Assembly (NCBI GenBank): GCA_951406725.2
Contig: OX597831.1
Coordinates: forward strand, 48,174,001 to 48,238,000
Source: Octopus vulgaris
Taxonomy: Eukaryota
Reading direction: 5' to 3'
DNA: 64,000 nt
In this document: positions 26,968 to 39,895 of the stretch, in pieces
Numbering within the stretch: the first letter of the stretch is position 1
Layout of the letters: each line of letters starts with the position of its first letter
The notes under the pieces: generated by a model
The model's input: only the letters and a program-made list of their open reading frames with translations
Databases searched by the model: none
Told to the model about the DNA's origin: nothing
Made by a program: the position numbers and the translations under genes

Positions 26968-27824
26968 GGTATGTTTGTATGTATAGTGTGTATGATGGAC
27001 TTTTTTTGTTCGTTCACATTTACAAAATCTTTGGTCAGCCCAGAGCTATAGTTGAAGAAGACATCAGCTCCTGGTGCCATATATTAGAATTGAATTTAGA
27101 ACCAAGTGGTTGAGATTCAGGCTTCTTAACTATACACTCATACCCATGTCTACCTAAAATTAGTCATTCCAAAAAAAAAAAAGAAAGAAAGAAACAGGAA
27201 AAGCAAAAGAAAATTGTTGCCAAATGATGCTAAGATTAAGCAATTTTTATAGTTGATTGGTTAATGTTATATATGAAGCAACGAAGTAAAAAACGCAGAA
27301 AAATACCTGCTTCAATGTTCATTTTTCCCCTTGGCAGAAAAAGTGGGAAGTTGATGTGTATGTGTGTGCGTGGCAGGGAGGTGATAAGTGACCAAACAAA
27401 CCAGTATGATAACATTTAAAAGATTGGTTGGCTTAAAGAAGCTTTGACGCTTTCCCTGAATTGCTTAGATATTGCAAGACCATGCAATGGCAATTGTTAA
27501 TTGTTCATAGCTTCTGTCGAGATAGTTGCCATGGTTGACAGTCTTTTCTGCTAACAGAGCATACAACATTGGAATTGTAATAAATGAAATTTATAAATTT
27601 CGATGAAACAGAATTTCTTTCATGTATACGGATTAGCATCTCTGTGTGTGTGTATGTGTGTGTGATTAGGTAATTGAAACATGTCAGCAATTGGATTAGA
27701 AGCTTTCAAAAGCTGAGTCTACAAACACCTCTGATTAATCCTCAACTTCAAAAAGGTAATGAACCATAACTTGGGTTGCTGGACTACAATATCTAATGAA
27801 GGTATTGCTCATAAATGCTTGTAC

Positions 27825-27892
<68 letters not shown>

Positions 27893-28669
27893 CTATCTAT
27901 CTATATATATATATATATATATATATATCAATCTATCTATCTATCAATCTACATACACACTCACACATACACACTGACATGCATATGTATCTATAAATTC
28001 ATAGATACATATCAATGCATATCAATGTGTGTATGTGAGTGCGTGTGTGCGTGTGTATGCGTGTATGTATAAGTATATACACATAGAAATATGTTGATTT
28101 ATGTTGGATGATGTGGAGGCACATGGCTAAATGGTTAGGGTGTTGGACTCATGATCATAAGATTGTGGTTTCAATTCCTGGACCAGACAATACATTGTGT
28201 TCTTGAGCAACACACTTCATTTCATGTTGTTCCAGTCCACTGAGCTGACAAAGATGAGTAATTCTGTCATGGACTGATGCTCCATCCAGGTGGAAAATAT
28301 ATACACCATGGAAATCAGGAAATTGGCCCTATGGGTCTATATGACTCAGGAATGAACTTTACTACTACTCTGTATGTTGGATGAATGAGAAAGGGGTGCT
28401 CAATGCATGCTATAGAAGATATAGATTTTATTGAAATTGTTTGGAATGATAAAGTTCTGAAATTCATATCCAATGTTTCCAGATTTTCACAGTCTCATTC
28501 TCCAGAACGAAATATATTTGGAATATGTGTTGTTTTTATATGCTTATTGAATTCATGAAGATTTTCCTGCTAAAGGTTATTTCAATATTATTATCCTTAT
28601 ATTGCAGCTGTCATATATCAATTTGATTATTGCAATTGCACCCATCAATTATGCACTCCAAAAACACCA

Positions 28670-28903
28670 AAACAAAGCCGAAAATCTCTTTGTCAATAGC
28701 ACACCACAAGTATATATAAACCAGAAAGCAAGGTGCAAATGATCAATGTAGCCTGTCAAGTTAACTATAAAAGTGAAAGTTGCAAACTTCAGGATTCTCA
28801 CTGTTACATTGGCCTTACTAGTACAACTCTCTCTTATGGGCTAACCATGCATTTACAAGTAGGAAGTATGGCAAAATATATGATTCAAAACAAAATTAGA
28901 TGA
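28670..28903 (+). mobile_element. Penelope-like GIY-YIG endonuclease relic
   Basis: Frame from 28742 reads INVACQVNYKSESC..CYIGLTSTTLSYGLTMHLQVGSM, matching NVVY..C...YIG.T.TTLS.RLTMH..GS. Confidence 0.7.
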
Positions 28904-29055
28904 CATGATACATGAAATAGCTTACACATAACTCCTGTATTCATTAAATGATATCTATCTATAACTCCTTCTTTCTTTTCCTTTCTCTTTACACACAAAC
29001 ACACACGCACATCATCATTATCATCATCACCACCACCACCACCACCACCACTACT

Positions 29056-29086
<31 letters not shown>

Positions 29087-29742
29087 ACATCATCATCACC
29101 ATCATCAACATTTAAGGTCCACCTTCCATGCTGGCATGGGTTGGATGGTTTGACAGGAGCCAGCCAGATAAAAGACTACACCAGGCTTCTATGTCTGTTT
29201 TGGCAGGGTTTTTAAAGCCGGATACCCTTCCTAACACCAGCCACCCTGCAGAGTGGACTGAGTGCTTTTTCGTGGCACCAGCACAAGTGTGGTTAGTTTT
29301 GACATGTTTTTTTTTTTTATATAGCCAGTTTTCCCTAAATTTCCATCCACCAAATTCACTCCCAAGTGTTTGGTTGGCCCAGAGCTATAGTAAAAGACAT
29401 TTACCCAAGGTGCAGAGCATTGGGACTGAAACCATGTGGTTACAAAGCAAATTTGTAAACCACAAGGTCTTACCTGTGGTCTTACCTGTGCAGCTGCATT
29501 TAGACACTCGTGTATACTCTTTACTCTCTTTTACTCTTATACTTGTTTCAGTCATTTGACTGTGGCCATGCTGGAGCACTGCCTTTAGTCAAGAAAATCG
29601 ACCCCAGGACTTATTCTTTGTAAGCCTAATACTTATTCTATTGGTCTCCTTTGCCGAACCACTAAGTTACAGGGACGTAAACACACCAGCATCGGTTGTC
29701 AAGCGATGTTGGGGGGGACAAACACAGACACACATACATATA

Positions 29743-29809
<67 letters not shown>

Positions 29810-29894
29810 TCAGGGTGAGTACGCGAATGAGAGGATTTGCATCCCCAACGTAGAATTTTTGATGTAATACATGTCCTTGAGGTAGTAATTGTGC

Positions 29895-29972
29895 ATGGCT
29901 GAAGAAGGCCATAGACACACATTATGCATTGTTATAAATCCGTCTAATAAAGGCCCGAAACATATGTACCGC
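29895..29972 (+). ncRNA. Type-I hammerhead motif with canonical core, in a (TA)n-embedded insert (29805-30010)
   Basis: tgg-CTGAAGA-a-ggcc[~40-nt loop]ggcc-c-GAAA-catatg-TA-ccg. Stem III is the palindrome acatatgt; cleavage triplet GUA. Confidence 0.7.
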
Positions 29973-30005
29973 TGAATCCTTGGCATCATGTTTTTATTTT
30001 GATTA

Positions 30006-30041
<36 letters not shown>

Positions 30042-30844
30042 TCTTTTAGTTGTTTCAGTCATTTGACTGTAGCCATGCTGGAGCACCGCCTTTTAGTTTA
30101 TATATACGACTGGCTTCTTTCAGTTTCTGTCTACCAAATCCACTCGCAAGGCTTTCGTCGATATGAGGCTATAGTAGAAGACACTTGCCCAAGATGCCAT
30201 GCAGTGGGACTGAACCCAGAACCATGTGGCCGGTAAGCAAGCTACTTACCACACAGCCACCATCCTCATAAACTTCACCGACATTCAGAAATTCAATATT
30301 ATAATTGAAAATCTCAGGTGCGGATAAACTGTTTAAATTTCTCTTCAAAACACATTAAAGAACCAACAGAATTGTAAACAGGGAAAGAAATCATCTGATT
30401 TTGCTAGGTGATCGACATAACTACCTTTCCCATTTGGTTTTTTTCAGCATGCACCAAAAAAAAAATCAACAAAATCAATTTGTTTGCACAAATTGGCTTC
30501 AGCTACCCTGTGTATCTGCACACGTGCACAAACACATACACACACATACAAGTACATACAAATAGGTACACACACACACATGCATACATATACATATGCA
30601 CGCATATATACATATGCATGCACTCATTATACTCTTTTTACTTGCTCTTTTACTCGTTTCAGTCATTTGACTGTGGCCATGCTGGAGCACTGCCTTTAGT
30701 CGAGCAAATCAACCCCAGGACTTATTCTTTGTAAGGCTAGTACTTACTCTATCGGTCTCTTTTGCTGAACCGCTAAGATACAGTGACGTAAACACACCAG
30801 CATCGGTTGTCATGTGATGTTGGGGGACAAACACAGACACACAA

Positions 30845-30884
<40 letters not shown>

Positions 30885-31203
30885 GCAGATTCAGATGAAT
30901 ATGGTACTTAAGTTAAAGGCACCAGAATTTAGTATGGTATTATCCATATAATTAAAAATGGGGTGATTATAATAAAAATAAGCAACAAGGTGATCCAGAG
31001 GAAATGTAGTATGATCAATTTAAAATGTAAAGGAGACTCATGAAATGATCGTACTGCATTACCTCTGGATGTCCTTGTTTATTTTGATTATATATATATA
31101 TATATAACGGGAAGGTTTACGAAAATAAACAAAAGACGAAGGCAGGTGGAGTACAAACAAACAATTGTATTAGTATGGCGCTCAGGAATAGAAATAGAAC
31201 AAG

Positions 31204-31241
31204 TCTTTTACATTTCGAGCCTACGCTCTTCGACAGAAAGA
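31204..31241 (-). ncRNA. Hammerhead-like motif (CTGTCGA core) in a PLE-type insert (31107-31312)
   Basis: Minus strand: tcttt-CTGTCGA-a-gagc gtag gctc-GAAA-tg-TA-aaaga, with perfect stems I and II. Confidence 0.6.
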
Positions 31242-32492
31242 TACACAGAAAAGAAACAAGGAGAGAAAAAAAATGCGTGCAGGAGCTAATGATTCAACAT
31301 GGTGTTCTCATGTATATACATACATATATACGACGGGCTTCTTTCAGTTTCCATCTATCAAATCCACTCACAAGGCTTTGGTTGGCCCGAGGCAATAGTA
31401 GAAGACACTTGCCCAAAGTGACACGCAGTGGCACCTTGGACTGAACCTGGAACCATGTGGTTGGTAAGCAACCTACTTACCACCCAGCCACTCCTATATT
31501 TATGACGTAAAGTAAACTAATGAAATATTCCATTATAATTTTCTTATATTTCATAATTATGAATTTACTGAAAGTTCTGTCGGTAAATATAATATTGCTA
31601 TTATTTTCATTGTTTCTGCTATATCACTTTAATATCATTATCCTATTCATTAGGAAAAACGTATCGAAAATTAAATTTTATAGTATTTTGGTTCTTTACA
31701 GTTAATTGTCCACAGAATTAAAGAATTAATTAATTTTCTTATATTCTCAACTTGATCAAAATATGTATAAAAAGAAAATTTGAATTCCTAAGTTGTGTGT
31801 GTGCATATGAGTCTGTGTGTGTGTGTGTGTGTGTGTGTACGTGTGTGTGTATGTGCATGTGTAGGTGGGTGTATATGCATCTCTGTTTCTGTGAAGCACG
31901 TATTTGTGTGTGTTTTCTGTATTTGTGTGCATGCATATGTCAATATGTGTGTGTTTCTGTGTGTGTGTGTGTGTGTATGCATGTGTAGGTGGGTGTGAAT
32001 ATATAGGTGTGTGTGTATGCATCTCTGTCTCTGTGAAGCACATATCTGTGTGTGTTTTATGTATCTGTGTTCATGCATGTGTATGTCAATCTGTGTGTGT
32101 GTGTGTGTATTTGCAAATGGTTGTGTAAAGCATTAATCAATATTTTGTTTAAAGAGAGATAAAAGTTTCGAAGGTCACCGTAACTTTTGAAAACCCTGGT
32201 TGATTATTTCCATGTAATAACTGAAGATTGTTGCTGATGAGCACATTATCTCTCTTTTCATAGCATTGCATTGCATGTTGCTTGTTATGATGCAACATTA
32301 TAAGGTGGAGGAATTGGCAGAATTGTTTGCACACAGGGCAAAATACTTAATGGCATTTTGTATATCTTTACATCTGAATTCCAATTCTATTGAGGTCAAC
32401 TTTACCTTTCACCCTTTCAGGATAAAAGACCCCCTTCGGTAATGAATGACCATGGGATTGCACCCTCCAAGGCATAAGTCTGGGCATGGGAG

Positions 32493-32683
32493 CACTAGTA
32501 TAGCTAGAGTGTGTGCCACCCAGGGCAGCCCTTCTGTTTGCCACCCCTGGACCCCACAAAGAACACATATTGTCTACAGCAGTAGTCTACAGCAGGATGA
32601 AAAGTGCCACCCCTTTAAAAGTGCCACCCAGGGTGGACCACCTCTACTGCCCTGCCCCCACTCCCATCCCAGCTATGCTAGTG
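32493..32683. mobile_element. hAT-type MITE with perfect 8-bp TSD
   Basis: TIRs cactagtatagct / agctatgctagtg; TSD catgggag at 32485-32492 and 32684-32691. Confidence 0.88.
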
Positions 32684-32942
32684 CATGGGAGCAGAGTCCT
32701 CAAGCATGCCTTCCATCGGGTCTTGTCAGAAGCAACCATTTCCATTTCAAATCCTAAATACCCATCCCACTGCCATTAGGATGAGGGATAGTGGAATCTT
32801 TTGTGTATTGTGGAAAATGCCTCCTGGACTTACATCATTCACTACGTCGTTTTTGCCTTTCTCTACAATTTTTTTATGTATTTATATAAAGAAATTTAAA
32901 TGTACCTAATTTTAAAAAAGTACCATTTTCGTTCTTCTCTTT

Positions 32943-32974
<32 letters not shown>

Positions 32975-32982
32975 TATATAGT

Positions 32983-33200
32983 TGCCAGTACCGCCTGACT
33001 GGCCCTCGTGCCGGTGGCACGTAAAAGCACCCACTACATTCTTGGAATGGTTGGCATTAGGAAGGGCATCTAGCTGTAGAAACTCTGCCAGATCAAGATT
33101 GGAGCCTGGTGCAGCCATCTGGTTCGCCAGTCCTCAGTCAAATTGTCCAACCTATGCCGGCATGGAAAGCGGACGTTAAATGATGATGTTGATGATGATG
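32983..33200 (+). mobile_element. (GAT)n-tailed RTE 3'-end repeat
   Basis: ggtggcacgtaaaagcacc...aggaagggcatc...gcatggaaagcggacgttaaatgatgat. Relatives at 24420-24730, 37340-37750(-), 38690-38915, 39900-40275, 46606-46912(-) and 60920-61290. Confidence 0.8.
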
Positions 33201-33820
33201 ATGGTGGTGGTAGAGGTGGTGGTGGTGGTGAGGATGATGATGATGATGATGATGACGAGGCTGTGATTTAAAGGAGATATAACTGCTGCTTTTAACAGGT
33301 CAAGAAACCATGCAGAAGCACTGATATTGACTCATTGACTGAAAGTTTTATCCTCATTTTCTTTGCACAAGAAAAAGAGTGTTTGATGAAAGATCTGAAG
33401 CTGACAAATCTGAATATTTGGTTGGTTCAAGTATTTTGCAGTTAGTTGGCCGACTCTTGTAATTCTAACAGCTCAGCTATAAATAGAAAGTAACTATTTT
33501 CAGTATGTTAGTTAGAAACAAGTACTGTGGATTGTCTGAGGTTATAAATGAAGTGCTGGGTCTGTAATCTCTTTGTTGCTCACTACCACTTGACAGCCAG
33601 TTTTGGTTTGTTTACATCCCTGTAACTTAGTGGGTTTTTTTTTATATATATAACTGGCATGGCTGTGTGGTAAGTAGCTTGCTTATCAACCTGATGGTTC
33701 TGGGTTCAGTCCTACTGTGTGGCACCTTGGGCAAGTGTGTCCTACTATAGCCTCGGGACGACCAAAGCCTTGTTAGTGGATTTGGTAGACAGAAATTGAA
33801 AGAAGCTCATTGTATATATG

Positions 33821-33863
<43 letters not shown>

Positions 33864-34938
33864 GTGTATATGTTTGTGTGTCTGTGTTTGTCCCCACAAC
33901 ATCGCTTCACAACTGATGCCCGTGTGTTTACATCCCCGTACCTTAGCAGTTCAGCGAAAGTGACCGATAGAATAAGTACTAGGCTTACAAAGAATAAGTC
34001 CTGGGGTCGATTTACTCAACTAAAAGGTGGTACTCCAGCATGGCCACAGTCAAATGACTGAAACAAGTAAAAGAGTAAAAGAGTAAAAGAGAGAGACTCC
34101 ATCACCTATGACGACAAGGGTTCCAGTTGACCTGATCAGCGGAACATTCTGTTCATGAAATTAATTTGCAAGTGGCTGAGAACTCCACAGACACACATAC
34201 TCTTAATATAGTTCTCTGGGAGATTCAGCATAATACAGAGTGTGACAAGGCTGGCCCCTTTGAAATACAGCTACTAATCATTTTTGCCAGCTGAGTGAAC
34301 TTGATGGTTTGCCAGTTGCCTAACTTAGTGGTTAGGCAAACGAGATCGATAGAGTAAGTTCCAGACTAAATAATTATGAACTGGAGTCAAGTTGTTTGAC
34401 TAAACTCTTCAAAGTGGTGCTCAAGCATGGCCACAGTCCAGTAACTCAAATAAAGTAAAATGAAAGATATATGTTACATCTAAAGAGTGTGATTGCAATA
34501 ACAAATATTTACTTTAATCTATGATGTTTGAATACCATGAACAAGTTTGATCAGAAACCTGTTTGATCACGGTTGATCTGGAGAGATGTAAGGCAATAAC
34601 AACAACGGCAACAACAACAACAGCAACAACAACAACAACAGTAACAATAACAACAACAGCAACGACAATGACTTGAAGGTTGTTCACACACGATTATTGT
34701 CTTGTAATACTGCCAAGAAACAGTAGATAAATATATATATGTATTTATTGAACACAGTAGTGTATTGAGAGTTTGGCAAAAGTCTATAAAGAAACACTGA
34801 AGGTAATTCATCATTCTTACAGAGAAAACAAGAGTGACCAACTTGACACATAAATATTGCATCTTCTAGTGTGTCCCCCACCACCACACCTATTCTGTAT
34901 ATCCTGCTCTTTGTCTCTATTTCCATGTATGCACACAT

Positions 34939-34974
<36 letters not shown>

Positions 34975-36069
34975 GCATTCACAGGCAAGTATGGCACGGT
35001 AGCTGGTATCTTGCTTACACTAATTGTTTCCATTATCTGTGTAGTCGCAAGCAGACATGGGCATCTTCTTGGCTTTTCCTAACCTTGACCCAGCAAAAAC
35101 ATTGCAGATGTGACTGCTTTTTCTTCTTCTTCTTCTTCTTCTTCCAATCAGGACTCACACCATTAGCCACAAAGGATAATCTCTAATTCGAGCCTACTCT
35201 AAGCAATTAAGAATGCATGTGGCAACTTGAAGATCCACCCACCACATGCGATAGACTGCACGGGCACGAAAGCTATGTTGTTATCCTCATTCCTTAAATG
35301 GTGGCTTTTAATGGATGGAGAGCTGAACCATCCTGGGGTACAGAGGAATCGCAATCTAGACTAGGGTCTGACAGTTTACCACACAATAGTGGGTTACGCC
35401 ATGATTCCTCTGCTTTGTGGAAGAAGTAGGAAGAAAGTTGTGGTAAAAGAGTACAGTGGTGTTCACAGCCCCACCCCCCCACGCCGGTGCCTCGTGGAAC
35501 TTAGGTCTTTTTGCTCAATAAACACTCACTATGCCTGGTCTGGGAATCAAAACCACGTTCTTATGACCGCGAGTCCGCTGCCCTAACCACTAGGCCATTG
35601 CACCTCCACGATGTGACCGCTGGTCAGAGAGGGGCCTACACCACTGCCTTTACACCACCGTTCCTTTACAATGAAACGAAGTGCCTTCATCAAAGATACA
35701 ATGTGTTAACTCTTGTTCAGGAATTGAACTTACAACCTTGTAAGTATGAGCCCAACACCCTGACCACTAGGCCATATGCCTCCACTGCTCATCATAATCA
35801 TTATCACCATCATCATCATCTTTTCATCCAATTTTCTATACTTCCTTGGGTCAGACGGAATTTGTTTTGGTGGATTTTCTACAACTGGATACCCTTCCTG
35901 CTGCCAACCTTCACCTGATTCCAAACATGGTAATATTTCCCTATGATCAGACATGTTTTCAGAAATGAATATTGGAAATAAATGACATTTGTTTACAACA
36001 ACCATGTGATGCTAAGACAAGGAAACACACACACACATACACACATACATACATACATACACACATATA

Positions 36070-36885
36070 AGCATCAGTTGTTGTGTGCAAGAGAGACGAT
36101 TGCGCTGGTATGGTCATGTGGCGAGAATGGATGAAGATAGGTGTGTGAGAAAGTGCCAATCCCTAGCAGTTGAGGGAACCCGTGGAAGAGGTAGACCCAG
36201 GAAAACCTGGGACGAAGTGGTGAAGCACGACTTTCGGACGTTAGGTCTCACCATGGAAATGACTAGAGACCGAGACCTATGGAAGTATGCTGTGCGTGAG
36301 AAGACCCGGCTAGACTAGTGAAGCCATAATCCGTGGCCCCTACCTGGGACGTAGTCAGTCCACCTGTGCATACCTTCCTTCTTGTGACACTTGTGAAGAC
36401 CTGTTGAGGCAAGTGAGAATCGAATCGAATCAAATCAAATCAAATCGAACCAAATCAAAATAGATGAACATCAATGGAATTTGTATCCTTGTGGTACCAG
36501 TGCCGGTGGCACATAAGAAAACCATCCGAACGTGATCGTAGCCAGTACCGCAACGACTGGCCTCCGTGCTGAGGGCACGTAACAAACACCATCCGAGCGT
36601 GGCCGTCCGCCAGCCCCGTCTGGCACCTGTGTCGGTGGCACATAAAAAACACCATCCGAGCGTGGCCGTCTGCCAGCCTCGTCTGGCACCTGTGTCGGTG
36701 GCACATAAAATCACCCACTACACTCTCGGAGTGGTTGGCGTTAGGAAGGGCATCCAGCTGTAGAAACACTGCCAGATCTGACTGGCCTGGTGCAGCCTTC
36801 GGGCTTGCCAGACCCCAGTTGAACCGTCCAACCCATGCTAGCATGGAAAGCGGACGTTAAACGATGATGATGATGATGATGATAC
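36070..36885 (+). mobile_element. RTE-clade LINE 3' end (ORF C-terminus, 3'UTR, GAT tail)
   Basis: QERRLRWYGHVARMDEDRCVRKC..VEGTRGRGRPRKTWDEVVK..MTRDRDLWK*, continuing into the GAT-tailed repeat. Confidence 0.9.
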
Positions 36886-38371
36886 ACACATACACATGCA
36901 CGCATATGCACACACACATACACACACATTCAGACACAAAAACATAAAAGATGTATATACATACATACACACACATGCACATGCATACGCAGGTACAGAC
37001 ACACACACACACACATATATAGTATTGGTTACCTATATACAAATATAATCCATACTGGAAACCTGTTCATTAACCAGAGTGTTCATTACATGAGTAATTG
37101 AAATATATATTAGAAGAAATTCATCCCCGAGTCACACCCAAATTCCACATAAAGGTATAAAATTATGTTTTATTGGTCCATCCATCAATAGCAAGTACAT
37201 AAATATATATATATGTGTGTATAGGGAGGGGTGAGTTTTTGTATGTGATTTTGTGTGTGTATGTGCATGCATGGGTGCATGTTTGCGTTCTTCACTTGCC
37301 TTGTTTCTATCGATCTATAGTTATGCTTTAAGTAAAAATATCATCATCATCATCATCGTTGAACATCCGTTTTCCTGCTAGCGTGGGTTGGATGGTTCGA
37401 CCAGGGTCTGGGAAGCCAGGAGGCTGCATCAGGCTCCAGTCTGATATGGCAGAGTTTCTACAGCTGGATGCCCTTCCTAATGCCAACCGCTCTGTGAATG
37501 TAGTGGGTGCTTTTTACGTGCCACCGGCACAGGGGCCAGAGGAGGCTGGCAACAGCCACGATCGGTTGGTGCTTTTTACATGCCACCAGCACAGAAGCCA
37601 GTCAAGGCGGCGCTGGCATCAGCCACGTTCAGATGGTGCTTTTTACGTGCCCCTGGCATGGGTATCACAACTACAATTCCATTTGATTTTTATTTTGATG
37701 TTGATGTACTTGACTCAATATGTCCCCTCAAGCACAGCAGGTTGCCCCACGATCTGAGAAATGCTAAATTCTTTCTATATTAAATATGAAAATTTGCAAG
37801 CTACATGATATGTGTACATAGATGTTCACATCCATCACTTCTCTATCACCTGAGAACAGAATAGGCTCATACTACATCCTTCTGCTTTCTCAGTTTTTTA
37901 TTTTACTTCCTTCACCCTGAATCATTTCCATTGCCCATGATCTCCCCTTGCCTACTGTCTTCACCATTTATCTCCTCTCTGTGCCTTCTCTCCCCTATGC
38001 TGTTCTCCATCAATAACACCTCACTTATCTGCTGTCATCTTCAATGCCTTTACATATCTACTGAAACCCCTGCCCCTAAGCCTCTCCTATATTCCTCTTC
38101 ACCATTTACTACAGTCACCTTTATCCTGCCTACTAATCCAGTCCAAACCTCTATGTCACCTCACTTATTCTCACCCCATCCTCATAATGTCCCTCAAGGA
38201 CGCATCCAGACACATCTTCACCACCATATCTCTTATTGTTGCTCTCTTTATCTTACTCTCTGACTCACCTGCTCTCCTTATCTTACTCTCTAATTCACTC
38301 TCCTTTTCCTTCCAATTGGAGTATCCATGTACCTACTCTACAGCAAGACACCTATCTCTGTTCCTCTATGC

Positions 38372-38596
38372 CAGTGGTTCCCAAAGTGAGTAGCACCACC
38401 CCTTGGGTGCAGTGGAAAGATCCGGTGGGGCATTGAAGAAAAGTGGGGCAATAATGGGGTGACCAAAATAGGGCAATGGAGGTAAAAAAAAACAAAATAA
38501 AGGGTTAACTAGGTTGAGTTTGAGTTGGGGTGGGGCACTAGGAATGTTACCTTAGAACCAATGGGGCAGCAACCTGAAAAAGTTTGGAAACCACTG
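38372..38596. mobile_element. hAT-Charlie-like MITE
   Basis: TIRs cagtggttcccaaa / tttggaaaccactg; 8-bp TSD ctctatgc / ctctatac. Confidence 0.88.
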
Positions 38597-39589
38597 CTCT
38601 ATACCTTAAATCTCTCACTAACCAGCACAAAGTCACCCCACTCCTAGTTCAGTGGGGCTTGATGACCCTTTTGATGATGGTGCCATATAAAGGGCACTGG
38701 TGCTGGTGTCACATAGAAAGCACTGGTGCTAGTGTCATGTAAAATGTACCCAGTACACTCTGTGGAGTGGTTGGCATTACGAGGGGCATCCAGCCATAGG
38801 AACCAAGCCAAAACAGACTAAGGAGACTGGTGTGGCTTTTGACCCAGCCAGCTCCTGTCAAACCATCCAACTCATACCGACATGGAAAATTGATGTTAAA
38901 TGATGATGATGATGATGAGGAGGAGGAGGAGGAGGAGAAGGAGTCTACTCGCTGTTTCTTGTTCAAATTTCAGTTCACTAAGTGAATAGGCTCCCAGTCG
39001 CTTATATGCATGCATAGTCTGCTTGTTGTTCATTGGTCAAATTTCAGATCATTGTGCAAATTAAAATTTTCTTCGGTAAAACTCCTCACATACCGGTATC
39101 CAACTATATGTGTGTGCGTGTCTTTCTGTATATATAAATATATGGTGGAGTGGGAGAGAAGAGGAATTAGGGGAAGTAACTCTTAAATGACATGAATAGC
39201 TGAATTGTCATCATATATCTTTTAAAGAGAAGTGAGAGATGTGTGGAATTGTGGGAATGAGGGCGAAACTCTGTCTACCAGCTGTCTCGGTAAAGACTAT
39301 GATAGATGGCTAAGTCAAGACCAATACAACACACATGTTAAGATCTATATTTTGAGCAACATCATAGTTTGAGTTATGAGAAAGCAATTGATCAGACTAT
39401 CACTTGATTGTCTATTACAGCAGCTGTTTAGTATATTTTATTAGTATAGATTAGTAGGTTTTCACGTGGTGGTTATTTAAATAGAAAGAGCAAATACAAC
39501 TCAGCTATGGGACATGAATAATGAGTAAAGCTAAATGAATTCTCAACTGTCTTATATGTTTTGGTGTAAAGCAAAGAGCTTTATATACT

Positions 39590-39895
39590 TTTCTACTCTA
39601 GGCACAAGGCCTGAAATTTTAAGGGAGAGGGCCAGTCGATTAGACTGACCCTAGTATGCAACTGGTATTTAATTAATCGATCCCGAAGGGATGAAAGGCA
39701 AAGTCGACCTCAGCGGAGTTTGAACTCAAAAACATAAAGACAAATGAAATATTGTGAAATGCTTAGAGGTATTTTGTTTGTCTCTACGTTCTGAGTTCAA
39801 ATTCTGCCTAGGTTGACTTTGCCTGTCCTCCTTTCGGGGTCAATAAATTAGGTACCAGTGAGACACTGGGGTTCATGCAATTGACTATTCCCCCT
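39590..39895. mobile_element. Divergent pair of SINE family B copies
   Basis: A minus copy at 39590-39755 abuts a plus copy at 39757-39895. Confidence 0.8.

Noticed and set aside
27525-27539. gttgccatggttgac as an RFX X-box; also ctgccatctgttga at ~60281 as a CTCF site
   Set aside because: Imperfect single short matches with no supporting context.
33372-33420. Possible exon KRVFDERSEADKSEYL
   Set aside because: Weak AAG acceptor and gttggt donor; no homology recognised.
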